Source of the DNA: Octopus sinensis
Lineage: Eukaryota
DNA length: 64,000 bases
Direction: 5' to 3'
NCBI RefSeq assembly: GCF_006345805.1
Contig: NC_043002.1
Span: 67,642,001-67,706,000, forward strand
In this document: one piece after another, positions 1-14,334 of the stretch
Layout: each line of letters opens with the position of its first letter
Position numbering within the stretch: the first letter of the stretch is position 1
Translations under genes and position numbers: made by a program
Notes under the pieces: generated by a model
What the model was told of the DNA's origin: nothing
Database searches by the model: none
The model's input: the letters and a program-made list of their open reading frames with translations, nothing else

Positions 1-137
1 TACACATTAAGAACATGTTTCATTCTTTGATACAGATCATATACAAATCACAATTTGTATCAAGTATTTGTTTTATACCCTTATAAATTAAGTATCAGTT
101 TAAACGGACGATTGGCGTGAATGGGTTAAAATCCCTT

Positions 138-1068
138 TCTATTGTAGACACAAGGCTTGAAATTTGGAGCAAGAGGGCTTAGTCAACTACATCAACCCCC
201 TTGCTTATGTGATATTTATTTTATCAACCCTGGAAGAATGAAAGGCAAAGTCGACTTCAGTGGAATTTGAACTCAGAACATGAAGATGAGCAAAATGCTA
301 CTAAGCATACCGGCAAATCTGCCAACTTGCTGCCTTAACACATATCACATCAACCCCCATATTTAACTGGTATGTATTTTTATCAACCCTGAAAGGGTGA
401 AATGTAGAGCTGACCTCAGTGGAATTTGAACTCACAACATAAAGATAGATGATATGATACTAGGTACTTTGTCTGGTGTGCTAACGATTCTTTTCTACTC
501 TTGGCACAAGGCCCGAAATTTAGGGTGCAAGTGGTCAGTGGATTAGATCAACCCCAGTACGCAACTTGTACTTAATTTATCGACTCCCAAAATGATGAAA
601 GGCAAAGTTGCCCTCAGTGGAATTTGAACTCAGAACGTAAAGACAGACGAAATGCTGCTAAGTATTTCGCCTGGAATGTTAACGATTCTTTTCTACTCTA
701 GATACAAGGCCCGAAATTTTTGGGGCGGGGGCCAGTCAATTAGATTGGTACTTAATTTATTGATCCCAAAAGATGACAGGCAAAGTTGACCTCAGTGGAA
801 TTTGAACTCAGAACATAAAGACAGACAAAATACCTATTTGTTTACTACCCACATGGGGCTAAACACAGAGGAGACAAAAAAGGACAGACAGACGGATGAA
901 GTCGATTATATCAAGCCCAGTGCGTAACTGGTACTTATTTAATCGACCCCGAAAGGATGAAAAGCAGAGTCGACCTCAGTGGAATTTGAACTCAGAACAT
1001 AAAGACAGACAAAATACCACTAAGCATTTCGCCTGGCATGTTAACATTTCTACCAGCTCACTGCCTTA
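138..1068 (-). mobile_element. Array of about 5 head-to-tail tRNA-derived SINE copies (family A)
   Basis: Repeated ...gatgaaaggcaaagtcgacctcagtggaatttgaactcagaac..., the reverse complement of the family A body with B-box GAGTTCAAATTCC. Confidence 0.85.
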
Positions 1069-1559
1069 ACACAGAGCATATTAAAATGTTTTAGAAACAA
1101 CACCATTTCTCAGCTTAACATTACATTACACAAACCAAATAAAAATAATTTTACAACATTTTAAACATCAAAACATTAAAAGTACCTCATCGATGTATTA
1201 GTTCAAACTTTTTCTCAGTAATATCACCAAAACCCTGTATTAACTGCTGCTATTTATGAAATTTGTGTCATATTTTTTGCCACTTCAGTTTGATGTTTTA
1301 GTCTGTTTTAGTCTGTGTTGGCTTGGCTTGATGACATATTTCTCAGCTGTTAGCAAAAATAATTTACTTCTAAACTGACCTGAACCATTACCACGCACTT
1401 CTTTTTTTTTTTAAAGTTTATTATTTTCTTTTTGTTTTTCTGCTTTGCGTTTTTTTAATTTTATTCTGGTTTGTGTTCTTTATTTTATTTTTCTCCCCCC
1501 CCCCGTTCTTTCCAGAATTAATGTTAATGTTATCACTGAAGCAGATGCAAAATCATCGT

Positions 1560-2045
1560 AGTTGTCGTCGTCGTTGTCATCTTTATTGGACTTCACTACC
1601 AGCACCACCACCAACAACAACAACATCATCATCATCACCATCACCATCATTATCACCACCACCACTTCCACTCCACCACTACTACCATTGCCATCATCAT
1701 CTTTATACTCATTATCTTCACCACCACCACTACAACCGACAGCAACAACATCACTATCATCACCATCACCACCAATAACAACAACATCATCATTTTCATC
1801 ACTTTCTTTATCACCACCGCTCAACCATCACCCCACCATCACCACCATTGCCACCACCATCTTTTTCCTCTTCATCATCTTCACCACCAACAACAGCATC
1901 ATTATTTTCATCACCCTCCTTATCACCACCCCAACAGCTCCACCACCACCCCACCACCACCACTGCACCATCACCACAATCATTTTCCTCTTCATCATCT
2001 TCACCACCACCACCAAAACCACCACCACCACCATCACCATCATCA
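1560..2045. repeat. CAT/CAC/CAA low-complexity tract
   Basis: Mixed trinucleotide repeats; similar tracts at 4950-5345, 20860-21090 and 41440-41640. Confidence 0.9.
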
Positions 2046-3520
2046 TAGTTTTCTCAGCTACTTTCCATTCTGGTATAGAGTGGAGGGATTTGCCACAGTT
2101 TGAACCATTTTTATTTGGTATTATTGCCCTTCCAGACATGTATCACTTCTTTGTTCCATTGCTTGACAACCGATGCTGGTGTGTTTCCATCTCTGTAACC
2201 TAGCAGCTCAACAAAAGAGACCGATAGAATAAGTATTAGGCTTACAAAGAATAAGTCCTGGGGTCGATTTGTTTGGCTAGAGGTGGTGCTCCAGCATGGC
2301 CACAGTCAAATGACTGAAACAAAAAAAAAACGAATAAAAGAATTTAAGAAATAGCTATTCATCTTAACCAAGCCATCTTAGAAAACTAACTAGAACTTTC
2401 CAGAAATGCTGGTAGATTAAGTCAAAAGAATACCCACAGAATATTAGCAAAAGGGTATTTAGTTCATTGCATTGGGTTCTATTTTAACCAATGAATTTTA
2501 ATCTCTCAGACCCAGACCACACAGTTTACAAGAATGGTTTTCAAGAATTAAAGCAAGAAGTAGGCAACAAACTGGCAGAATCGGTAGCAGGTGCAGGAGT
2601 GGCTGTGTGGTAAGTAGCTTGCTTACCAACCACAGGGTTCTGGGTTCAGTCCCACTGTGTGGCATCTTGGGCAAGTGTCTTCTACTATAGCCTCGGGCCG
2701 ACCAAAGCCTTGTGAGTGGATTTGGTAGACAGAAACTGAAAAGAAGCCCATCATGTGTGTGTGTGTGTATTCATGTATCTGTGTTTGTCCCCACCACCAT
2801 CGCTTGACAACCAATGTTGGTGTGTTTATGTCCCCCGTAACTTAGCACTTCGGAAAAAGAGACCGATAGAATAAGTACTAGGCTTACAAAGAATAAGTCC
2901 TGAAGTTGATTTGTTCGACAAAAGGCAGTGCTCCAGCATGGCCACAGTCAAATGACTGAAATATGTAAAAGAATACCACGCAAAATGTTTAGCTGCCTTT
3001 TGTCTGCTCTGTTCTTTTGGGGTCAAGAAAATAAGTCCCAATTGAGTACTGGGGTTGATGTAAGTGACTTAGCCCCTTCCCTCAAAATTTCTGGCCTTGT
3101 GCCAAAATTTGAAACCAATAATTAAAGCAAGAAGTTTGTCTCATAGAACCAGGGGTGGTTTCAGGGTGCTTTGAATAAAGGGTTAGAAAATAGAGACGTG
3201 CATTGAATAATGTAGTTTGAGATATATGAAGATTGAAAGAAAGAAGGGTAGATGGGCTGCCTTTGAACATAAATCTACTTGATTAGAGCAGACTTAGGGT
3301 TAAACAACATCAACATGAAATGCTTTCTTGGTTATGGCTAGAAATAATTTTCTACTAAAATTCATAGAAATTTGGATTGAATTACATGCATTGCTTACAG
3401 AAAAAGTCAGTTCCCTATCAGGTCACACAAGACGTTATATCTCTGAGTACATCACAATTTATGTATATAAGACATCTGCTATACACATATGTTCATTTGT
3501 GTGTGTGTATACAAACATAC

Positions 3521-3553
<33 letters not shown>

Positions 3554-4225
3554 TGTATGTATGTATGTATGTATGTATTTATGTATGTATGTGTGTCTAT
3601 GTTTGTATGTATGTATCACATAAGCTATGTCATATTAAATTTCTGCCAACCCACAAGAAACCTAGCTTTGTTATGTTGGTTTGTTGATGCAAGAAGCAAC
3701 TGTTGCCCCTAAAAGCTTTGTTTTAGTTCTGTTTACTGCATCCCTTTCGCTGCCAACCCACCTGGTTATGCGAGACAAGTCCCACTTTACCCCTTTCGTT
3801 ATTGTATTTATTTTGAGATGCTCTGTGTTTCTTTCAATTATTTTAAATATAACAAAGAATTTAGTAAAATAACTTATCATTAAAAAAAAAATAATAATAA
3901 AGAAAAGCCATTGGAAAACCAATTATCTAAGAATATCTGAAGAAGGAATATTATTCCGAAATATCATATCAGACTATGGATGACTAAATTACAACAAGTA
4001 TATAGCCCATTGTCTGTATTATAGTGCATTGTTGTACCATTCAAAACTTTTTATTCTTTACAAATAGGCGTAGGAGTCGCTGTGTGGTAAGTAGCTTGCT
4101 TACCAACCACATGGTTCTGTGTTCAGTCTTACTGTGTGACACCTTGGGCAAGTGCCTTTTACTATAACCTCGGGCTAACCAAAGCCTTGTGAGTGGATTT
4201 GGTAGATGGAAACTGAAAGAAACTC

Positions 4226-4290
<65 letters not shown>

Positions 4291-5401
4291 TGTGTGTGTG
4301 TGTGTGTTTGTCCCCCCAAAACATTGCTTGACAACCGATGCTGGTTTGTTTACATCCCCATAACTTAGCAATTCAGCAAAATAGACCAACAGAATAAGCA
4401 CTAGGCTTACAAAGAATAAGTCTTGGGATCGATTTTCTCGACTAAAGGCGATGCTCCAGCATGGTCGCAGTCAAATGACTGAAACAGGTAAAAAAATAAA
4501 AGAATCAATGAATTAAGTTACGAAAGTATCATTGAAACAAAAGAGTGTTTAAAAAGCAATGATATGGAAGAGTGCAAATTCTTTCAACAGAAACCATAGA
4601 ATTAAACTAGACAAATAAAACTAATGTCTCTATGTCATATTAACATAAAGCAAACATGCTTCTTATTTACATAGATCTGTTAGGCCTTATTTTCATACAA
4701 GAAGCTGTGTAAAAACCAATCCCTTTAATTTTACTTTAACAATATTTTTATGTCAAGTGGATGTCAGAATTAAATGATAACTATGTCCTGTTTTTGTTCT
4801 TCATCTTATGTTGGGATGGTAAATACAGGATGCATAAATGAATTGGTCTTTTGTTTCGTAAATATTTATTTTTGAGCCGTCATTTCATTGTTTGGAAAAA
4901 TTGAGCTGTATTTAAAATTTCCTTTTTATTCATTGAGAGGGTTGATGGTGTTGGTGTTGGCGTTGTTGTTGTGGTGGTGATGAGGTGGTTATCTTAAATT
5001 GGAGCAACTGAAATAATATCCTTTGTAAATTGGAGTTTACTTGGCAGAGTCCTTTCGTCATCAATGTCATGGTCATTGTTGTTGTTGTGGTCATCATCAT
5101 CATCATTATCATCATCATCATCATCATTGTCATCATCACCACCGCCACTTTTATCCTCACCCACATAGCCATTACAGTCATCATCATCACCATCATCATT
5201 ACCGTCATCGTCGTCGTCACCATCATCAGTGTCATCATCATCACCACCACCACCACCACCACCACCACTTTTATCATCACCACCCACATAGCCATCACAA
5301 TCAACATTACATCATCATCATCATCATCATCATTGTAACCATAATCAACACTACCATGTGTGTGTGTGTGTGCGTGTGTGTGTGTGCGTGTGTGGTGTGT
5401 G

Positions 5402-5439
<38 letters not shown>

Positions 5440-5796
5440 TGCGCGCATGTGTGTGTGTGTGCGTGTGCGCGCGTGTGTGTGTGTGTGTGTGTGTAGTGAG
5501 CTTCTTTCAATTTCTATGAAGCAAATCCATTTACAAAATTTTGATTCGCCCAGGACTACTAGGACTATTGAAAAGAATACAATTGCTCAAGATACCACAC
5601 AGTGGAACTGAACCCGAGACTGCATGGTCGGGAAGGTAACTTCTTAACCACACAGCCATGCCTGTCGACACATGCAAAGACAAAGCACAACAAATGAAAA
5701 TGACTGAAATTAAAAAAAGAATAAAAGAATAACACAGACAAGACTATATAACACACACATTTATATATACATATATACATATACATACATACATAT

Positions 5797-5845
<49 letters not shown>

Positions 5846-8445
5846 TGCATACACACACACAAACACTTACACACACATACACAGGAGGTCACCCTACGAT
5901 CCAAGGTAAGCACAGCAGGCCGTCCTGTGAGCCCTGAGCTGACTTCATTTAAGCAAAAGAGATGACAAAGGAATAAAAAATTATCTTATGGACTTGAGTG
6001 ATGAGCACTCAACTATGAGTCCACCGCATCTCATAGCAGAAACAGCTGTAAGCTAATCAAGTTCATAAGATAATCATTCATTCATTCCTTTGTCATCTCT
6101 TTTTCTTATAACTGCTCTCTACTCAACTAACACTCTGTTGAAGAGTATATGTATATTGAGTTCTACACCAGGTTATTAGTATTGCAATGGCTAAGCTGCA
6201 CTGTGAGGAATTGAAACTGGATGTACATGGTTACAAAGCAAAATTCTTAACCACATAGCCATGCCTTATACCATTTATGTGTGTGTAGATCCAAGTGAAA
6301 TGATTTAAGCCTACAGTTGCTAAGAATTTATGCACAAATGGATTAATTGAACCTTTTTAAGCAGACTTAGTAAAGAATTAACTGCATTTGTTTCAATTAT
6401 TTATGAAAATGGTAAAAAGAATTAAATATCTTTTGTCATCATTAAGCTAGCATAAGGTACCAAGCTGGCAAAATTGTTAGCACACTGGGTGATGTGCTTA
6501 GTGATATTTCGTCTGTCTTTACGTTCTGAGTTCAAATTACGCAGAGGTCAACTTTGCCTTTCATCTTTTCGGGGTCAATAAATTAAGTACCAGTTGCATA
6601 CTGGGGGAAATCTAATCGATTGGCTCCCTCCCCCAAAATTTTGGGCCTTCAGCCTAGAGCAGAAAAGAATTGTTAGCACGCCAGGGGAAATGCTTAGCAG
6701 TATTTCATTTGTCTTAACAATCTGAGTTCAAATTATGCTGAGGTTGACTTTACCTTTCATCCTTTCAGGGTTAATAAAATAAGTACCAGTTGAGCAGCGA
6801 GGTTGATGTAATTCACTTACCCCCGCCCCTGAAATTACTGGCCCTGTGCCAAAATCTGAAATCATTATTAAACCAGCATCTACTCTTTTACTCTTTACTC
6901 TTTTACTTGTTTCAGTCATTTGACTGTGGCCATGCTGGAGCACCGCCTTTAGTCGAGCAAATCAACCCTGGGACTTATTCTTTGTAAGCCTAGTACTTAT
7001 TCTATTGGTCTCTTTTGCCAAATTGCTAAGTTACAGGGACGTAAACACACCAGCATCGGTTGTCAAGCGATGTTGGGGGACACAAACACAGACACACAAA
7101 CATATACACACATGCCTTCTTTCAGTTTCCATCTACCAAATCCACTCACAAGGCTTTGGTCAGCCCGAGGCTATTGTAGAAGACACTTGCTCAAGGTGCC
7201 ACGCAGTGCAACTGCACCCGGAACCCTGTGGTTCATAAACAAGCTACTCACCACACAGCCACTCTTACACCTATCTAGAATATAAATTAACTGGAAATTT
7301 TGATGCAGTATTTTTAATTCAGATCTTTTTTATACAGGAAGCTTGTATCACAGAAGCATGAGCAATCTCAGGTGGATTCATATCAAAAGTGTTTATATAG
7401 CTAGTTACAGTTAGTATAACTTGTAATGATTTGCATAAGTTGTCAGGAGTAGTAGATTAACAAAGCTATTTGGTATTTATATTCTGTTAAGTTCAACTTT
7501 ATTTTTCATCCTTTGGGTATTTTGAACCAATATTAATTGATTTTACACAAACTCCTACAGAATTGGTTTTGTTTCCAGTCAAAAGAAACTGCTATTTAAA
7601 TGGAAGACATGGGAAGGGAAACAGTTGTAGAGAGTTCTTCCTTTTATTATTTTTTCCATCTCTATTCAGCTTTATTTACCATTTCTAACATTTTCTTTTA
7701 TTCTTGTACCAAATTCACAGTAGTTAGAATATTAGAAGAACTGGTTAATTAATTATCACAGCAAGTCTCTTTTGATCTATCCAAACATTGTTTGTATCTC
7801 CTTTCTTTTATAGACACGGAATGGTTCTTCTAGACAGGTACATACAAAAGAATTCATGTTGACTGATTTCAAACAGACTTTTCTACTGTTATTCATGTTT
7901 TCATTTTAGAATTTTACATAGAAATACTCTGGTGATTTTTATGGTTTTTTTGCTTTTCTTCTCATTGTTATGAAAAACATGGCTGTGTACTTAAGAAGCT
8001 CACTTTACAATCATATAGTTTCAGGTTCATTCCCCTGCTAGCACCTTGGGTAAGTATCTTCTTGGGCCAAGCAATGCCTTGTGAGTGAATTTGGTAGGCA
8101 GTAGCTATGCAGAAACCTATTGTTTATATATATATATATATATACACATACATATCATCATCATCATCATTGTTGTTGTTGTCGTCACTATCATCATCAT
8201 CGTCATCACTATCATCATCATGTTCTCTATGCTTGCATGGGTTGGACTGTTTGACAAAAGCCGGAAAGCTGGAAGGCTGTGTCAAGCTCTATATATACAT
8301 ACATACATACATACATATATATATACTTGGAAAAGGATGTGTGGCGTTCCATCATATAATAATATAAATAATATATAAATATATGCATATATACATACAT
8401 ATATGTACATACCTACATATATATGTATATATACATGCATATATG

Positions 8446-8651
8446 GGCACAGGTCATCAAAAAAAAAACGTTGAACACAATCAAAAACAAAAACATAAAA
8501 ACAAAAACATAGAAACAAACTTTTTTTGAACAACAAAAAAAGCAAACAGAGAAATGAGACATGCAACATTAAGAATATTCCCCTTCTTCAGTTGTCCCTG
8601 TTTCATCTATTCTGCATTCGAAGGCAAGGATGTCTTTTTGGTGTCCTGTAC
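8446..8651. mobile_element. Mariner-type MITE (decayed)
   Basis: CAGGTCATCAAAAA...TTTTTGGTGTCCTG|TA. Confidence 0.4.
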
Positions 8652-8713
8652 CTATATATGCATGTAAATATACATATATAAGTAGCTATGTACATATATG
8701 TATGTATGTATGC

Positions 8714-8746
<33 letters not shown>

Positions 8747-9043
8747 ATATCATATAAATACATACATACATACATACATACATGTATGTGTGTGCATGTG
8801 TGTCTGTTTGTATAAAAGATAAAGGATTCCTCAACTTGATACTATGCTAATTGCTGTAAATTTGGCATCTAAAATTGGTGGAGAATTGGTAAAGTTGTGA
8901 GAACATTGGACATGATGTGTTGTAGTATTCATTCTACCTCACTGCACTCTGAGTTCAAATTCTCCCAAGATCAAACTTAGCCTTTCGTCCTTTATAGATT
9001 GATAAATAAAATACCAGTACAGTACTGCACTAGAGTCAATTCT

Positions 9044-9102
<59 letters not shown>

Positions 9103-9465
9103 TACATACACAATATTCATTCATAAATTCATATCTTTCTCCTTCTCCTCTGATACATCTCGCTCACACCATAAACAGATCCTATTCACTTCTTGCTTGC
9201 TCAGGCAAAAAGCCAGTTTCCTTTTTTAATTTTTTTGCTTTTTGTAAATGTTGAAATGTGATTGGCTGAATCCATCTCTAAATTTATATATTTATATCAA
9301 CATAGGTACAGGAGTGGCTGTGTGGCAAGAAGCTTGCTTCCCAACCACATGGCTCTGGGTTCAGTCCCGCTGTGTGACACCTTGAGCATATATCTCCTAC
9401 TATAGCCTTGGGCCGACCAAAGCCTTGTGAGTGGATTTGGTTGATGGAAACTGAATGAAGCCTGT

Positions 9466-9499
<34 letters not shown>

Positions 9500-9517
9500 T
9501 GTATGTATGTATGTATG

Positions 9518-9551
<34 letters not shown>

Positions 9552-9772
9552 TGTATGTATGTATGTATATATGTATGTATGTATGTATTTGTGTATCTTT
9601 TTATCTGTGTTTGTCCTTCCACCATCACTTGACAACTGATGTTGGTGTGTTTATGTCCCCATAATTTAGCAGTTTGGCAAAAGACACCAATAGAATAAGT
9701 GCTTGGCTTACAAAACATAAGTCTTGGCGTTGACTTCTTTTTACTAAAACCCTTTAAGGTGGTGCACCACCT

Positions 9773-10230
9773 CTGCTGGCAATAAAGGGCCTCTCTCTCG
9801 GAGTGAAAGACAGATTGTATGATACCTGTGTGCAAACAGCTATGCTACATGGCAGTGAAACACGGACTGTGACAGCTGAGGACATGTGTAGGCTTGACAA
9901 AAATGAAACCAGTATGCTTCACTGGATGTGCAATGTCAGTATTCATGTTCGACAAAGTGTAAGCACCTTGAGAGAAAAGTTAGGCATAAGAGGCATCAGA
10001 TGTGGTGTGCAAGAGAGATGACTGTGCTGGTATGGTCATATGATGCATATGGATGAGGACAGCTGTGTAAAGAAGTGCCAATCTCTGACTGGGGAGGGAA
10101 CCTGTGGTAGAGGTAGATCCATGAAGACATGGGACAAGGTACTGAAGCATGATCTTCAAACTTTGAGCTTCACAGAGGCAATGACTAGTGACCAAGACAT
10201 TTAGCGATATGCTGTGCTTGAGAAGACCCT
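9773..10230 (+). mobile_element. RTE-clade LINE, 3' ORF fragment
   Basis: LYDTCVQTAMLHGSET...ERRLCWYGHMMHM...GRGRSMKTWDKV..DL, the C-terminal RTE pattern, with stops. Confidence 0.85.
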
Positions 10231-10521
10231 CAAGCTGAGTGAAATCATAGTCATGGCTAATGCTGGTCTCACGTAACTGGTACCCGTCCTGGTGGCATGT
10301 AAAGAACACCTTTTGAATATTGGAACTCACAGAGGCAAAGTGGCTGAGTTCCTTGTGAGTGTTGGGTCTCATGGAAGCAATGACCGAGACCTTTGGCATT
10401 ATGTTATGCTTGAGAAGACCCATCAAGCTGAGCAAAATCACAGTCATGGAAGATACTGGTGTCACGCAAATGGCACCTCTGCCAGTGTCATAAATCACAG
10501 AAATCCAAATTAATTCCAGTT

Positions 10522-10760
10522 AAGGCGGTGAGCTGGCAGAAACATTAGCATGCTAGGCAAAATGCTTAGCAGTATTTCATCTGCCGTTACGTTCTGAGTT
10601 CAAATTCTACCGAGGTCAACTTTGCCTTTCATCCTTTCGGGGTCAATAAATTAAGTACCAGTTACTCACTGGGGTCGATGTAATCGACTTAATCCCTTTG
10701 TCTGTCCTTGTTTGTCCCCTCTATGTTTAGCCCCTTGTGGGCAATAAAGAAATAAGAAAT
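10522..10760 (+). mobile_element. tRNA-derived SINE family A, full-length representative
   Basis: AAGGCGGTGAGCTGGCAGAA head, B-box GAGTTCAAATTC, central CCGAGGTCAACTTTGCCTTTCATCCTTTCGGGGTCAATAAATTAAGTACCAG (Meta/Nin-like domain, from memory), AATAAAGAAAT tail. Other copies at about 6462-6860, 13232-13640, 13793-13975, 23553-24023, 24770-25205, 28575-29455, 36150-36380, 40600-40800, 44272-44430, 59575-60040 and 61711-61845. Confidence 0.88.
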
Positions 10761-11517
10761 CCAAATTAACTCCAGTATTTGTCCATAAGTGATATTACCT
10801 TTGTCTTAAGGTGGGAATGTTACGTGCGCATTTCTGAGTTTTTGGGCTTTGTCAGCAGCATGTACCCACTGCAGTCACATGCTATAACAAAAATCTGTCA
10901 CCTCTGCTCTTCTATAAAGTGACATGTCAAACAAAATACTTCATTGTATTTATTTACAATATTTTGTAATCTGAGTTCAACTGCAACCAAGGTGACCTTT
11001 GCTTGCCTTCCTGGTTGATAAAATATAGAAATGTATTTGATAGTATAAAAAACATACAAGCATATAAAACTCACCCAAATTTCGGTAGTGCATATTCAGG
11101 ACAAAGTGAATGCCAGGGAAAAACTAATTTAATAGAGGCCCAATTTGCTATTTAATGCTTGGGGTAATGTTTTGAGACCATTTCTGGGGAAAAAAGTGCC
11201 ATCAAAAATAGCAACAGTCAAGTACTACTGGAGTTGATACAATCAACTGTACCCTCCCACTAAATTAGAAATTAATATTAAATAAAAGAAATCAATATGG
11301 CTTTGTTAGAAATCAATATTATTAAAAGGAGGAAGTGATGTGACGGATAGAAGAGTTATTAAATTTCAGTGAATGTCGGTGGAATGACTCCTCATTGTAT
11401 GTCTGGAGTGACTACAAGCTAACAGTAACTCAAAACTCTCTGTCCCAGATCCTGTACTAAAAACAGTTTGATTATTCTTCATTGGGAATGTACCTTTGCT
11501 GCTGCAGCTGTTGATTT

Positions 11518-11558
<41 letters not shown>

Positions 11559-11616
11559 GCTGTTGCTGCTGCTGCTGCTGCTGCTGCTGTTGCTGCTGTT
11601 GCTGCTGCTGTTGTTG
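11518..11616 (-). repeat. Mixed (CAA/CAG)33 tract
   Basis: 99 bp of TTG/CTG on the plus strand. Confidence 0.95.
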
Positions 11617-12203
11617 TTTAGCCTTGGATGAACCTTGACCAAGAAACGGTGTATCTTTTATCAAGCATAATCTGTCAGGGAATATATTATCCAATGTATC
11701 TTTCTTTTAGCTAAGATGGTAGAGTGATTTGATGAAGATTTGACTACTGTTTCTAGCAGGTTAAGAAACAACATAGTCACTGTCTCTCATTCCCCCACCT
11801 TACTGCATGAGTTCAACTAAGGATTAATTGTATTAAACTAAGGGCTAACTTTAGTAGCCACACCCATTCATCTAAATGTCCTGAGTCTAAGAGATGAGGG
11901 GAATCTGAAAAGGTAATAGGCACAGACTGGGCGATTCCCAGACTAGACGATTCCAAAACTGGGCATTGCATTGTGTTCTTGAGCAAAGTACTTCATTTTA
12001 CATTGCTCTGCAATCATTTTGTCATCTGACATGTGATACATGGTGCACCTGTACAGGTAATGTTGATTAGATGGAGGGAGTGAACTTATGCAAACACAAA
12101 CATTTGATCATTATAAACAAATAATCTGTGAGGTTGTTCGGTAAGAAATTGCTAAACCCTCATACGTCGTTTAATGACAGGAGATTCCATGATATATATA
12201 TAT

Positions 12204-12241
<38 letters not shown>

Positions 12242-12619
12242 ATCATCATCATTATCATCATCATCATCATTGTCATTGTGTAACGTCTGCTTCCATGCTG
12301 GCATGGGTTGGACAGTTTGACTGAGGACTGGCAAGCCAGGAGGCTGCACTGGGCTCTAATCTTATTCTACAGCTGGATGCCCTTCCTAACACCAACCACT
12401 CTGAGAGTGTTGTGGGTGCTTTTTACGTGCCACCAGTATGGGTGGCAGTCAGGCAGCACTGGCACTGGTCATGCTTGAATGGTGCTATTTATGTGCCACC
12501 AGCTCAGGTACCAGTCAGGTGGCACTGGCATCGGCCATGACTATGATTTCAATCAGTTCAACTGGTCTTCACAAGCATGGCATATTGCCTGGTGATTGAA
12601 GGGTGCTTTTATATGTATG

Positions 12620-12666
<47 letters not shown>

Positions 12667-14004
12667 CTTATGAACAAACAAAACTTAATTGCCATTCTGC
12701 AATTAATTACAGTTAAATAGGGTGCAGCCAGCTATCACTAACAAGCAAGTATGTCTTAGCAACATGTACCATGCCTTTACTTATTGTTTTAAGTCCTGAT
12801 GTAGATGTGAGTTGACACAGACACTCTCTAAGTTTGCTATGACCCAGTGGCACATCTAGGATGTAACAGTTGGAGTGAGAAAGGACTGCACCAGCACTCG
12901 GCTGATATTCATTATAGCTGAGGAGACTGGAGCAATGTGTAGCAAAGTACCTTGCTGCCCAGTGCAGGTGTTGAACCCACAATTCTCTGATCATGAACTG
13001 AACACCATGACAACTAAGCCACATGTTAATTCCATGTGTTTTCACACGCTTAATCCTTTAGCATTTAAACTGGCCATATCCATCGATATGCTCAAACTGG
13101 CCAGATCCAGCCTCTCACACCAACGCTACAATGTCATTCTGAAAATAAACAATCACATCATCGAAGTCTTGAATCTATGAGATAATGCATGATCAACTCA
13201 AAACAATGTGACTAAACAAGTATCACATTTTATTTCTTTATTGCCCACAAGAGGCTAAACATAGAGGAGACAAACAAGGTCAGACAAAGGGATTGAGTCG
13301 ATTACATCGATCCCAGTGTGTAACTGGTACTTAATTTATCGATCATGAAAGGATGAAAGGCAAAGTTGATTTCGGTGGAATTTGAACTTAGAACATAGCA
13401 GCAGACGAAATACCTATTTGTTTACTACTCACAAGGGGCTAAACACAGAGAGGACAAACAAGGACAGACAAATGGATTAAGTCGATTACATCGACCCCAG
13501 TGAGTAACTGGTTCATAATTTATCAACCCTGAAAGGATGAAAGGCAAAGTCGACCTTGGCGGAATTTGAACTCAGAAAGTAATGGCAGATGAAATACCGC
13601 TAAGAACTTCACCCAGCGTGCTAACGATTCTGCCAGCTTGCAACATTTGACAGAATAATCTGAACATTAAAGGGTGAAACAGCATGGAAAATAAACAATA
13701 TGAAGATAAAAAAAAAAGCCCATAAAAATGATGATAATACTGTTGCTAAGATTTGTGAAGAGTTAATATTATGTGAACAGTACAAGGGTCATAAGCTGGC
13801 AGAATCGTTAAAACACTGGACAAAATGCTTAGTGGCATTTCATGTCTTTGTGTTCTGAGTTCAAATTCTGCCAAGGTTGACTTTGCCTTCTATTGTTTCA
13901 GGGTCAATGAAATAAATACCAGTTGAGCACTGTATCAATCTAATGAATTTACCCCCTCCCTTGCCAGCCTTGTATCAAAACTTGAATCCAATATGAAGGC
14001 AGTA

Positions 14005-14300
14005 CTATATTTGATGGCATAAATGATGTACAGGAATGTTAAGTGCAACCTAATTTCAGCAATATACAGGGCGTGGCAAAAGTAATGCTCTTTTTGCATT
14101 TGATAACTTTTATAGTATATAAATGTTTATTAAGTAATTTTTCATTGAACACAAATTTATTGCATTACTTAAAGAAACGAGTTATAAACTAATGAAAAAA
14201 ATTGTGTCTGGTGTAGTGTTTAAGAGCGCGGGCTACTAACCCCAAGATTCCGAGTTCGATTCCAGGCAGTGACCTGAATAATAATAATTATTATTATTAA

Positions 14301-14334
<34 letters not shown>

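Noticed and set aside
1473-5611. Long His/Thr/Ile/Asp-rich ORFs (also 15081-15410, 20701-21185, 31879-32257)
   Set aside because: They are translations of CAT/CAC/TG/TATG repeats, with no splice or domain support.
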